Positions 41,161 to 50,016 of a DNA stretch of 50,016 nucleotides are shown in pieces. The notes beneath the pieces are model-generated. The model was not told the origin of the DNA. It did no database searches and worked only from the letters and a program-made list of their open reading frames with translations. The stretch lies in assembly GCA_021413585.1 (NCBI GenBank), contig JAIOQB010000260.1, forward strand, positions 1-50,016. Reading direction: 5' to 3'. The stretch is from Planctomycetia bacterium (lineage in GTDB: Bacteria > Planctomycetota > Planctomycetia > Pirellulales > UBA7805). How positions within the stretch are numbered: position 1 is the stretch's first letter; each line of letters begins with the position of its first letter. The translations under genes and the position numbers were made by a program.

Positions 41161-44100
41161 GTGAGAACGCTCATGCGACTCCACAAGATTCTGGCCGCGC
41201 CGGCAAGGGCCCAGTTCGGATTCAAAGATGGGGGAATCACGGCACACGGCTATCGCCTCGGCACGGTGCTGGCCCTGGCTGGGGCCACGCTGCTGTTTAC
41301 TACCGCATCGCGGGGGGCGGACTACGGCCTCAACGGAGGGACTTCCGGCACGCCTCTGGACTGGAACAATTCCGCATCTTGGTGGCAGTTTAGCAACGCC
41401 GCCAACCAGCAGGTTCCCGGCTCTGCGGACAATGCATGGGTAGGAGCGTGGTGGGACACGGGCGGCGGGGCGTTCTTTCCTCAATCAACTTATACCACCC
41501 TCTCCAGCGGTGCTTTACAGGTTCACGACCTCAATCTGGCCATCAACAACCGCGATCAAAACTCTCAGGCCCAGGGCACACTCAATGTCACAGGCGCGTC
41601 CACTTCACTAGGTGTTCTGGGCAGCCTCAACATGAACATTTGGGGTAATCAGAATGGCAATGTTTCCGGCACGCTCAACATCGACGCCGCGACAATCAAT
41701 GTCAGCAATGATTCCAACATCGGCACGGGCGGCGGTCTTAATTCGGCCAACGTCAGCATCTCGAATGGCGGGCAATTGAACTTCGCCAATAATCTAAATG
41801 TGGGCACGGATCGTGGCGTCAGGGGGACAAACATCACGCTGAGCGAAACGTCGCAGCTAAACGTATTAAACAGCCTGAACCTTAACGGCACGTTCAACAT
41901 CGGCCCCAGCGCGCAGGTAAACATCGGCAACGACCTGAACCTGCGGGGCGGCAACTGGTACGACGAAGGCCTGGGCGCGAACAGCGTGGCGGCCTACAAC
42001 CTGCCGCTGACTTCGACGCCGACCGCCGGGATGGTCTCGTTCGGCCGCAGCCTGACGATCGCCAACGGCTACAACCAAAACGTCAGCCTGACGGTCGACT
42101 CCGGCGCTACCACGGCCAGCTACAGCGGCGGCCTGTACATCGCCAGCGGCGATTACGCCAACCACGGCACGCTCAATCTCGTCGGCGTAGCGGCCGCCAA
42201 CCGCACGATGAACTTCGCCGGCGACCTGCAGATGTCCTACGGCAATGCCCGCGGGGATACCACCAACGGGTCGTTCGCCACCTTAAACCTCAACAACGAC
42301 GGTTCGAATAACTTCGGCGCCATCGTGAACATCGCCGGCAACCTGTGGGCCGGTTACACAAACAGCAACCGCGACCAGCAGAACAGCGCCGCCGCGATCA
42401 ACGTCAGCTCGAAGTCGCAGTTGAACCTCACCGGCGGCCTCTTCCTCAACGGCTCGGGAAGCTGGAACGGGGCTAGCGTGAACGGTTCAAACTGGGATCC
42501 GGCCAACTACACCTTGAATCTGGCCAACACGCCGACCAACGGCACGGTGTCGTTTAACGGGGGTCTGAATCTGACCACCAACGACAACTACGGCAACGTC
42601 AGCCTGACCGTGGGCAGCGGCAGCGCTACGACGATTAACGCCACCCAGTTCAACATGGCCCAGTCGTATTCGAGCCAGGGAACATTCACGATGGGGGGGA
42701 ACCACGTCCTGCACGTCTCGGCCAACGACAGTTATATGGCCACCGGCGGCAGCGACTATGGCAGCGGCTACTCCAATAACGCCACGTTGAATCTCAGCAA
42801 CACGGCCCAACTGAACTTCGACGGCAACCTGACGATGGGCATGGACCGCACCAGCCACGTCAACCAGGTGAACGTCAATCTGGCCAACTCGTCGCAGCTC
42901 AACATCGGCAACAGCCTGACGTTCAACGGCACGTTCAACATCGGCCCCAGTGCCCAGGTAAACATCGGCAACGACCTGAACCTGCGGGGCGGCAACTGGT
43001 ACGACGAAGGCCTCGGCGCGAATAGCGTGGCCGCCTACAACCTGGCGCTGACTTCGACGCCCACGGCCGGCATGGTCTCGTTCGGCCGCAGCCTGACGAT
43101 CGCCAACGGCTACAACCAGAACGTCAGCCTGACGGTTGACTCCGGCGCCACCACGGCCAGCTACGCCGGCGGCCTGTACATCGCCAGCGGCGACTATGCC
43201 AACCACGGCACGCTCAATCTCGTCGGCGGAGCGGCCGCCAACCGCACGATGAACTTCGCCGGGGACTTGCAGATGTCTTACGGCAATGCCCGCGGGGATA
43301 CCACCAACGGGTCGTTCGCCACCTTAAACCTCAACAACGACGGTTCAAACAACTTCGGCGCGATTCTCAACGTCGCCGGCAACCTGCTGATCGGTTACTC
43401 CAACAACGACCAGAATCAACAAAACAGCGCCGCTGAAATCAACATTAGCTCGCAGTCGCAATTGAATATCGGTGGCAGCGTTTATTTCCGCGGCTCGGGT
43501 GCGTGGAACGGCTCCACCTTTGGGACGACCAGCTACAACCTCGGCCTCGCCGCCGCGCCGACCAACGGCGCGATGACGTTCGGCGGAGGGCTGAATATCG
43601 CCGACACCAATTTCAACAAGGCGGCGGTGACGTTTACCGGTACGGGGACGGTTTCCGCCCACGGTGACGTCAACGTCGCCACCGGCTATCGGACGGGCGG
43701 CTCGTTGACGCTCGACGGCGTGAGCATCAGCTCCAACGGCAGCGGCCGTTTCGCCACTGCCGGCGACAGCGGCGATCCGACGAACCATCCCAACACGGCC
43801 ACCGTCACGCTGCTCAATGGCGCGTCGCTGAGCTTCAACAATCAGACCCAACTCGGCAACGGCGGCAGCTCTTCCGCTTCGATTACCGGCAATGGAACTT
43901 TTGACGCCGGCAGCAATTTCTACAACAGCGGTCGAGTGGTCGCCAGCGGCGGGACGCTCAATGTCAACTACGGTAACCTGAACACCCCCAGTAGCGGCTG
44001 GAACGGCAACCTGCAGGCGGACGGCACGCAAGCGGGGTGGTATGCCACGGACGGCGGCCTGTTGGCCATGAAGAACGCCACCGTCGCCAACGGCGCAACG

Positions 44101-46524
44101 AAAGTGATCTGGGGCGAGAACGCCAGCCTCAGCTCTCTCAGTACAAATAGTCTCGTCAACAGCGCACAACTCACGGCCGCATTCTCTGGCAGCGGCGGCA
44201 GCGCGGCGATCAACGGCGTGCTGATCGCGCCGAATCTCGTGACCGGCCTGACCAACACCATTGGCGTCTGGGACTTCCGCTCGATGGGAGGCCTGTCGTT
44301 CACCGACGGAACGCTCACGTTCCGCTATGACGATGCTTTGGCCGCCAGCCTAGGCGCCGCCACCAACGCCCTGGAGATTTTTCAGTTCCAAGCCGGCAAC
44401 TGGACCTTGATCAGCGGCGCCTCGGCCAGCGGCAACCTCATCAGCACCACGGCCAACATCGTTGCCAATTTCGGCTCGGGCTCCTATTTCGCCATCGCCA
44501 CCGCGGGGGGCGCGGGCAGCGTTCCGAGCACGACTCCCTACGTCGGCACCCGCGCGACGACGGAAATCTATGCCACCAGCGCGAACGTCGACTGGACGAC
44601 CGATCCGGGTTGGTACAACCGCGATCGCAACACGCTCGTCGGCGCCCCGCAAGGGCGGGACAACGTGCACATCGGCAGCGGCACCGGCACCACGGTCGCG
44701 CTGAGCGACGGTCAGAGCTACCAGGCGGGCAACCTGTACATCGGCCTGTCCGACGACAACAACCCGGCCTCGAACTACAACTGGGCCAACGGCACGCTTA
44801 ACATCAGCAACGGCTCGACGCTGAATGTCGTCGGCAACGTGCAGGTAGCCAGTTGGAGCGACAATACCACTAACGGCACGCTGAGCCTGGATGGCGCCTC
44901 GACGATGAATGTCGGCGGCGCGCTCTATCTGGCCAATAACAACAATTCGACCGCAACGCTCAATCTGGCGAATGGCTCGATACTGAACGTTGCCGGCGGC
45001 GCCATCCTGGGACACGGCACCAAGTCGGTCAATATTGACGCCACGTCGCAGTGGAACCTGACCGGGGGCACGCTGTACCTCGACAACGACCGCTACACCT
45101 CGGACGGCGCCAACGGCTCGTTCAAGCTCCCCTTCGCCAGCACTCCGACCGGCGGCAAGATTTCGGTCACGGCGGCCACCAGCTTGGCGATCCGCGATCA
45201 GTGGGGCAACGACGCTTCGCTCACGCTCGACGGAAGCGCCAACGGCATCACGTTCAACAATCTCTACCTGGGCACCGACGTCAACACCAGCAACGTCGCC
45301 ACACTCAACGTCGCCGGCGCCACGGTGACGTTCAACGGCAACGCCGAACTGGGCAGCCACTATGGCGAGAATGGCGGCCGCTGGAACAACGCCTCGGCCA
45401 CCGCCGTCAACGTCACCAGCGGCGGCGTGCTAAACATCGGCGGCAACGTGACCGCCGGCGGCTGGAGCAACAACGCTCAGACTTCGTCCACGATCGCGAT
45501 CGCCGGCGATTCCCAGCTCAACATGACCGGGACCAACATGCGGCTGGACCTCAAGGCGGGCAATTATTCCATCGCCTTCGCCAACACGCCCACCAACGGC
45601 AAGTTCTCCGTCAGCCCCACGACCAATATCTGGATTGCCAACGCCGAGGACAATTTCACTTTCCAAAGCACGCTCACCATGGCCGCCGGTTCCAACGTGC
45701 AGTTCAACACGCTGACGATGGCGTGGGACAACGCGTCCCAAAACTCCACCGCCAACCTGAACATCGGCAGCGCGTCGAACGTGACGTTCACCGGGCCCGC
45801 CTACATGGGAGGCCGCAGCGCCTGGGCGAACCAAGGGCAGGGGGTGGTCAACGTCAGCGTGGCGGACGGCAGCGTCCTGAACTTCGGCAACACCATGTTC
45901 ATGGGTGGGCAGTCGAGCCTCGACCTCCACGACAGCGGCCGGGTGAACGTCGCCGGCGACGTCTATCTCGGCGGACAAGGCTCCGCGACGAACATCACGC
46001 TGGGCGCCTCCTCGCAAATCAACATGACCGGCGCGGGCCGCGCGCTCGCCTTGGCCGACGGCGACTACAGCGGCTACGTGTTCACCAACACCCCGACCGA
46101 CGGCCAGTTCTCCGTCACGCAGAGCACGAATCTCTTCGTTCGCCCGCAGGCGGCCAACGCGACGGTGGCGTTCGGCCCCGGCTCGAACATCCAATTCAAC
46201 AACCTCTACCTGGGAACCGACGTTAACACCAGCAACACCGCCACGATGAATCTTTCGGCCGCCACCGTCACGTTCAGCAGCAATGCCGAGTTGGGCAGCC
46301 ACTACGGAGATAACGGCGGCCGCTGGAACAACGCCGCCAACACGGCCATCAACGTCGCCAACGGCAGCGTGCTCAATTTCGGCGGCAACGTGACCGCCGG
46401 TGGCTGGAGCAACAATGCCCAAACGACCTCCACCATCGCGATCGAAAGCGACTCCCAGATCAACATGACCGGCAACAACATGCGGCTGGACCTCAAGGCA
46501 GGCAACTATTCCATAACACGCTGA
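41161..46524 (+). CDS. giant repetitive surface protein, N-terminal ~1787 aa (Asn/Gly/Thr-rich beta-strand repeats; autotransporter-associated beta-strand repeat type)
   Basis: Signal-like N-term; dozens of ...TLNL.N.S.LN..GNL..G... repeats; ORF ends at 46524 where reading frame shifts. Confidence 0.75.
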   Translation: MRTLMRLHKILAAPARAQFGFKDGGITAHGYRLGTVLALAGATLLFTTASRGADYGLNGGTSGTPLDWNNSASWWQFSNAANQQVPGSADNAWVGAWWDTGGGAFFPQSTYTTLSSGALQVHDLNLAINNRDQNSQAQGTLNVTGASTSLGVLGSLNMNIWGNQNGNVSGTLNIDAATINVSNDSNIGTGGGLNSANVSISNGGQLNFANNLNVGTDRGVRGTNITLSETSQLNVLNSLNLNGTFNIGPSAQVNIGNDLNLRGGNWYDEGLGANSVAAYNLPLTSTPTAGMVSFGRSLTIANGYNQNVSLTVDSGATTASYSGGLYIASGDYANHGTLNLVGVAAANRTMNFAGDLQMSYGNARGDTTNGSFATLNLNNDGSNNFGAIVNIAGNLWAGYTNSNRDQQNSAAAINVSSKSQLNLTGGLFLNGSGSWNGASVNGSNWDPANYTLNLANTPTNGTVSFNGGLNLTTNDNYGNVSLTVGSGSATTINATQFNMAQSYSSQGTFTMGGNHVLHVSANDSYMATGGSDYGSGYSNNATLNLSNTAQLNFDGNLTMGMDRTSHVNQVNVNLANSSQLNIGNSLTFNGTFNIGPSAQVNIGNDLNLRGGNWYDEGLGANSVAAYNLALTSTPTAGMVSFGRSLTIANGYNQNVSLTVDSGATTASYAGGLYIASGDYANHGTLNLVGGAAANRTMNFAGDLQMSYGNARGDTTNGSFATLNLNNDGSNNFGAILNVAGNLLIGYSNNDQNQQNSAAEINISSQSQLNIGGSVYFRGSGAWNGSTFGTTSYNLGLAAAPTNGAMTFGGGLNIADTNFNKAAVTFTGTGTVSAHGDVNVATGYRTGGSLTLDGVSISSNGSGRFATAGDSGDPTNHPNTATVTLLNGASLSFNNQTQLGNGGSSSASITGNGTFDAGSNFYNSGRVVASGGTLNVNYGNLNTPSSGWNGNLQADGTQAGWYATDGGLLAMKNATVANGATKVIWGENASLSSLSTNSLVNSAQLTAAFSGSGGSAAINGVLIAPNLVTGLTNTIGVWDFRSMGGLSFTDGTLTFRYDDALAASLGAATNALEIFQFQAGNWTLISGASASGNLISTTANIVANFGSGSYFAIATAGGAGSVPSTTPYVGTRATTEIYATSANVDWTTDPGWYNRDRNTLVGAPQGRDNVHIGSGTGTTVALSDGQSYQAGNLYIGLSDDNNPASNYNWANGTLNISNGSTLNVVGNVQVASWSDNTTNGTLSLDGASTMNVGGALYLANNNNSTATLNLANGSILNVAGGAILGHGTKSVNIDATSQWNLTGGTLYLDNDRYTSDGANGSFKLPFASTPTGGKISVTAATSLAIRDQWGNDASLTLDGSANGITFNNLYLGTDVNTSNVATLNVAGATVTFNGNAELGSHYGENGGRWNNASATAVNVTSGGVLNIGGNVTAGGWSNNAQTSSTIAIAGDSQLNMTGTNMRLDLKAGNYSIAFANTPTNGKFSVSPTTNIWIANAEDNFTFQSTLTMAAGSNVQFNTLTMAWDNASQNSTANLNIGSASNVTFTGPAYMGGRSAWANQGQGVVNVSVADGSVLNFGNTMFMGGQSSLDLHDSGRVNVAGDVYLGGQGSATNITLGASSQINMTGAGRALALADGDYSGYVFTNTPTDGQFSVTQSTNLFVRPQAANATVAFGPGSNIQFNNLYLGTDVNTSNTATMNLSAATVTFSSNAELGSHYGDNGGRWNNAANTAINVANGSVLNFGGNVTAGGWSNNAQTTSTIAIESDSQINMTGNNMRLDLKAGNYSITR

Positions 46525-46526
46525 CG

Positions 46527-49500
46527 ATGGCCTGGGACAACGCATCGCAGAACTCCACCGCCAATTTGAACTTCGGCATCGCGTCGAACGTAACCTTCAC
46601 CGGGGCGGCCAACCTGGGAGGCCGCAGCGCCTGGGGGAATCAAGGGCAGGGGATCGCGCACGTCAGCGTGGCGGACGGCAGCGTGGTGAACTTCGGCAGC
46701 GCGGTGTTCATGGGTGGCCAGTCGAGCCTCAACCTCAATAGCAGCGGCCAAGTCAACGCCGCCAACGATGTGTACTTTGGCGGACAGGGCTATGCGACTA
46801 CCGTCACGCTGGGGGTCGCGTCGCAGCTCAACATGACCGGCTCCGGGCGCACGTTGGCTTTCGCCGACGGCGATTACAGCAGCCTCAAGATCAACAATAC
46901 GCCGGCCGGTGGCAGGATCTCGGTTACCTCGAGCACGAACCTGAATGTCCGCCCGCAGGGAGCCGACGCGACCGTGGCCTTCGGCGCCGCATCCAACGGG
47001 CTGCAACTCAGCAACCTGTTTCTGGGAACCGACGTCAACAGCAGCAACACCGCCAATCTAAACGTCGCGGGAGCCACGGTCACGTTCAGCGGCAGCGCCG
47101 AACTGGGAAGCCATTACGGCGACAACGGCGGCCGCTGGAATAACGCCGCCAATACGGCGATCAATGTCACCAACGGCGGCGTCCTCAACATCGGCGGGAA
47201 TCTCACCGCCGGCGGCTGGAGCAGCAATGCCCAAACGAGCGCCGCGCTGAACGTCGACGCCACGTCGCAGATCAACCTGACCGGCAAGAACAACCGGATC
47301 GACATCAAGGGAGGGACCACCACCGCGCAGTTCACCAACACGCCCACCAACGGCGCGGTGTCGCTGCAGGCCCAGTCGCATACCAACGCGGGGACCGATC
47401 TTTGGCTCTCCAACGCGTTGGACAATTTTCCGCTCAACGCCCGGCTCAATTTTGCCGCCGGCACGAACGTCCAATTCCACAACCTGCGGATGGCCTGGGA
47501 CAATGCCTCCGCAGGATCGCAGCCGACGATGGGTCTGCAAGGCGGGGCGCAGGTCACGTTCACCGGCGACAGCTACATCGGCGGCAACCCCGGCAACCAA
47601 GGAAGCGCAGTGATCACCGGCAACGGCACGCTCACATTCAACCAAACGCTCAACATGGGCCGCACGCACGTCGAGGCCAACGGCGGCACGTTGACGTTGA
47701 ACTTTCCGTCGTATAACCGGACCGAAACGTCCAACGTGATGAACACCCCTGTCGGCACCGGGCTGGGGGCCAACAGTTACGCCGGCTGGTACGCCAGCAA
47801 TGGCGGCAAGCTGGTGCTGCCCAACCTGACGGTCACCAACAGCACCAGCCAACTCGATTGGGGCGATGTCAGCAACAACGCGATGGACATCAATCGAAAC
47901 GTCAACAGCATCCGCCTGACCAACCTCAACGTCACCGGCGGCGGAACCAACAACCTGGGCATCTCGCTCTTGGACGTGAACAACGCCGAGACGTTCTCCG
48001 GCTTGCACGGCGCGATCGGCATTTGGAAGTTCGATCCGACGGGGGGACTCAATATCACGTCGGCATTGATGGCGTTCCGCTACGACACGGCGGCGATGGC
48101 CGCCCTGCAGTTGCCCGACTCCAGCTTCAACCTGTACGAAAACTTCGGCACCGGCTGGAAGCTGCTGCAGAGTTCGCCCCAGGATCAGGGGAACCATTTG
48201 ATCAGCGGCACCGGCACGCTGATCAACGCCAACGGTCCGTATCCCTACGTGCAGTTCGCCATCGCCCAAACGGTGGCCGCTTCGGGGGGCGTGGTCTGGA
48301 ATGGTGCCAGCAGCGGCCCCGGCGACAACAACTGGACCACTGCGGCCAATTGGGTGGGCAATGCGGCCCCCACGCCCGGCTCGAACAACGATCAGGATCT
48401 CGTTCACTTCGCCGGCAGTCAGCGGACCAGCGCCGTCAATGATTTCGCCCCCGGATCGTCGTTCTCCGGCATCTTGTTCGGCCAGGACGCCACCGCTTCC
48501 TTCTCGCTCACGGGCAACGCCATCGTGCTCAACGGCGATGTCACCAACAGCTCGAACCTCAGCCACAATATCGCCCTGAACATGGCGCTGGCCCACGCGA
48601 CGACCGTGGTGGACAGCGGCAGCAACAACAACCAGGTGGTCACGCTCAGCGGAAACCTCAGCGACAACGGCGGCCCGGCCGGCATCACGAAGCTCGGCAA
48701 TGGCAGCACGCTGGTCCTCTCCGGCAGCAACACCAACACGGGGGCGATTCTGATTTCTGAGGGGACGGTGAGCGTCGGCTCGATCGGCATGGGGGGAGCC
48801 GCCAGCAACCTCGGCGCGGCCAGCAACGCCGCCAGCAACCTCGTGATGGACGGCGGCCGGTTGCAGTACACCGGCGCGGGGGACACCACGGATCGCAACT
48901 TCACGATCAACAACGGCAAGGTGGCCACGTTCGACATCACCAACGCCGCGGCCAAGCTGGTGCTCGGCGCAGCTTCCAACGTCTCCACCGGCACCTTGAC
49001 CAAGACCGGAGCCGGCACGCTGGCGCTGACCGGCCAGAGCCAGTACACCGGAGCAACCACGGTCACCGGCGGCGCGTTGTCCGTCGGCGACGGCGGCAGC
49101 GGCAATTCGCTGGCCACCTCCGGCATCACGTTCTCCAACGGCGCGAAGTTGATTTTGAATCAATCCGACAGTTCGACCTTCTCCACACCGTTTAGCGGCG
49201 CGGCGGGACTGATTAAGGACGGCACCGGCACGGTCACTTTGCCGGGGGTCGCCGGCAGCTACACCGGTGCGACCGAAATCAAGAATGGCACGCTGCGGCT
49301 GGTGCCCGCGTCGCCGGTGTCCAACGGGCTGCAAGCCTGGTTCGCGGCCAATAAGAACGTGACCACCAGCGGCACTCAAGTGACCACCTGGGGAGACATC
49401 TCGGGCAACGGCCACGACGCCGTGCTCGGCGCCAACACGTCGACTCTGGCAGCCGGGCAGATCAACGGGCTGCCCGCCGTGCAGTTCCGCAATAGCTGGC

Positions 49501-50016
49501 TGGACATCAACACCAACATGACCGTGGGCTCGGAATACATCGTCGTCAAGTCTGGGGCGTACACGTACGATCCGGGCAACCCCAATCACTTTGGTCCCGA
49601 CTGGAGCGCGGCGATTGGGCGTCAGGACGGCGGGGGCTGGTTGTTCTGGCCCGGCCAAACCGGTTTCTGGGATGGAAACAGCCCCAGCGCCGTTTCGCAG
49701 AATGGCACTCCGCTAGCCTCCTACACCGTCAACGGCCTGACCAATGTCGACCAGTACATGGTGCTCAAGGTCGACACCAACAACGTCGCCAATACGCTTT
49801 ACACACTCGGCCGCAACGGCGGCTGGACGAATGGTTATCTGGACGTGGCCGAGGTGCTGGCCTTTGACCATGTGCTGACCTCCGGGGACGAGGCGAAGGT
49901 GGGCGGCTATCTGGCGACGAAGTACGGCATCGGCACCGCATACGCTCCCTACTCGCTGCCGGACGCTCTGCCGGCGAACACGCCAGTCTCGATCAGCACC
50001 GGCGCCACGCTCGACA
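46527..50016 (+). CDS. continuation of giant surface protein in a different frame (PATR-type repeats + C-terminal LamG/ConA-like domain), runs off window end
   Basis: Manual translation from 46527 is open to the window end: ...TLTMAWDNASQNSTANLNFG..., TKLGNGSTLVLSGSNTNTGAILISEGTVSVG, TLTKTGAGTLALTGQSQYTGATTVTGGALSVGDG (PATR), then LQAWFAANKNVTTSGTQVTTWGDISGNGHDAVLG...(LamG-like). Confidence 0.7.
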   Translation, partial: MAWDNASQNSTANLNFGIASNVTFTGAANLGGRSAWGNQGQGIAHVSVADGSVVNFGSAVFMGGQSSLNLNSSGQVNAANDVYFGGQGYATTVTLGVASQLNMTGSGRTLAFADGDYSSLKINNTPAGGRISVTSSTNLNVRPQGADATVAFGAASNGLQLSNLFLGTDVNSSNTANLNVAGATVTFSGSAELGSHYGDNGGRWNNAANTAINVTNGGVLNIGGNLTAGGWSSNAQTSAALNVDATSQINLTGKNNRIDIKGGTTTAQFTNTPTNGAVSLQAQSHTNAGTDLWLSNALDNFPLNARLNFAAGTNVQFHNLRMAWDNASAGSQPTMGLQGGAQVTFTGDSYIGGNPGNQGSAVITGNGTLTFNQTLNMGRTHVEANGGTLTLNFPSYNRTETSNVMNTPVGTGLGANSYAGWYASNGGKLVLPNLTVTNSTSQLDWGDVSNNAMDINRNVNSIRLTNLNVTGGGTNNLGISLLDVNNAETFSGLHGAIGIWKFDPTGGLNITSALMAFRYDTAAMAALQLPDSSFNLYENFGTGWKLLQSSPQDQGNHLISGTGTLINANGPYPYVQFAIAQTVAASGGVVWNGASSGPGDNNWTTAANWVGNAAPTPGSNNDQDLVHFAGSQRTSAVNDFAPGSSFSGILFGQDATASFSLTGNAIVLNGDVTNSSNLSHNIALNMALAHATTVVDSGSNNNQVVTLSGNLSDNGGPAGITKLGNGSTLVLSGSNTNTGAILISEGTVSVGSIGMGGAASNLGAASNAASNLVMDGGRLQYTGAGDTTDRNFTINNGKVATFDITNAAAKLVLGAASNVSTGTLTKTGAGTLALTGQSQYTGATTVTGGALSVGDGGSGNSLATSGITFSNGAKLILNQSDSSTFSTPFSGAAGLIKDGTGTVTLPGVAGSYTGATEIKNGTLRLVPASPVSNGLQAWFAANKNVTTSGTQVTTWGDISGNGHDAVLGANTSTLAAGQINGLPAVQFRNSWLDINTNMTVGSEYIVVKSGAYTYDPGNPNHFGPDWSAAIGRQDGGGWLFWPGQTGFWDGNSPSAVSQNGTPLASYTVNGLTNVDQYMVLKVDTNNVANTLYTLGRNGGWTNGYLDVAEVLAFDHVLTSGDEAKVGGYLATKYGIGTAYAPYSLPDALPANTPVSISTGATLD

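Noticed and set aside
41649-49658. Many long minus-strand ORFs (for example 47058-49658, 866 aa; 45430-46545; 44350-45360; 43345-44169; 42487-43206) antisense to the giant repeat gene
   Set aside because: They are Arg/Gly/Ala/Val-rich low-complexity translations of the antisense strand of a GC-rich, repetitive + strand gene. The + strand product has coherent PATR and LamG-like repeats, while the antisense ORFs have no domain features.

Overview
This is a high-GC window that looks planctomycete-like, judged from PATR-repeat giant proteins, sulfatase and secreted glycoside hydrolases. It divides into six blocks.

(1) 1-6056 is a mobile-element graveyard. It holds an IS3-family transposase tail, a GNAT N-acyltransferase, a TIR-like(pfam10137)-methyltransferase fusion gene, a partial IS66 element (tnpA, tnpB, truncated tnpC) and a possible integrase remnant.

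(2) 6057-15995 is housekeeping and secreted proteins: YebC, an outer-membrane protein, a VOC protein, a DUF899 protein, a multi-domain redox protein and a sulfatase.

(3) 16247-16525 and 31735-32025 are two copies of a ~300-bp cassette. Each has a promoter-like box, a conserved 34-codon small ORF and an intrinsic terminator. One copy sits upstream of the tRNA array and the other upstream of the Rsr operon.

(4) 16590-23048 is a ~6.5-kb tRNA gene array. I hand-folded about 34 tRNAs, all on the + strand, covering 19 amino acids. They are punctuated by 19 copies of an AGGCTG/GAGGCT hexamer-rich hairpin repeat. An HNH endonuclease gene and a small hypothetical gene lie inside the array. Four of the tRNAs have Leu anticodons but a short variable arm, and one is tRNA-Ile with a UAU anticodon.

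(5) 23491-31538 holds an SPFH protein, YaiI, a GH2 hydrolase, a GH127 hydrolase, a cupin and a secreted protein.

(6) 32202-38901 is the most interesting part: a co-directional cluster that appears not to have been described. It encodes, in order:
- a 74-aa ubiquitin-like candidate ending in Gly;
- four tRNA-like Y-RNA (YrlA-like) genes whose terminal stems show compensatory base changes;
- a Ro60/Rsr TROVE+vWA protein;
- a BCS1-like AAA+ ATPase;
- a fifth minimal Y-RNA-like gene;
- a 339-aa unknown protein (E2-like candidate);
- a JAMM/MPN peptidase;
- a ThiF/E1-like enzyme.
The last three resemble a Bil/Bub-type Ubl-conjugation module, here coupled to an Rsr-Y RNA RNP.

The window ends with a class-III aminotransferase and a giant PATR-repeat/LamG surface protein. 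That gene has near-identical internal repeats and an apparent frameshift at ~46.5 kb.

tRNA and ncRNA coordinates were derived by hand and may be off by a few nucleotides.
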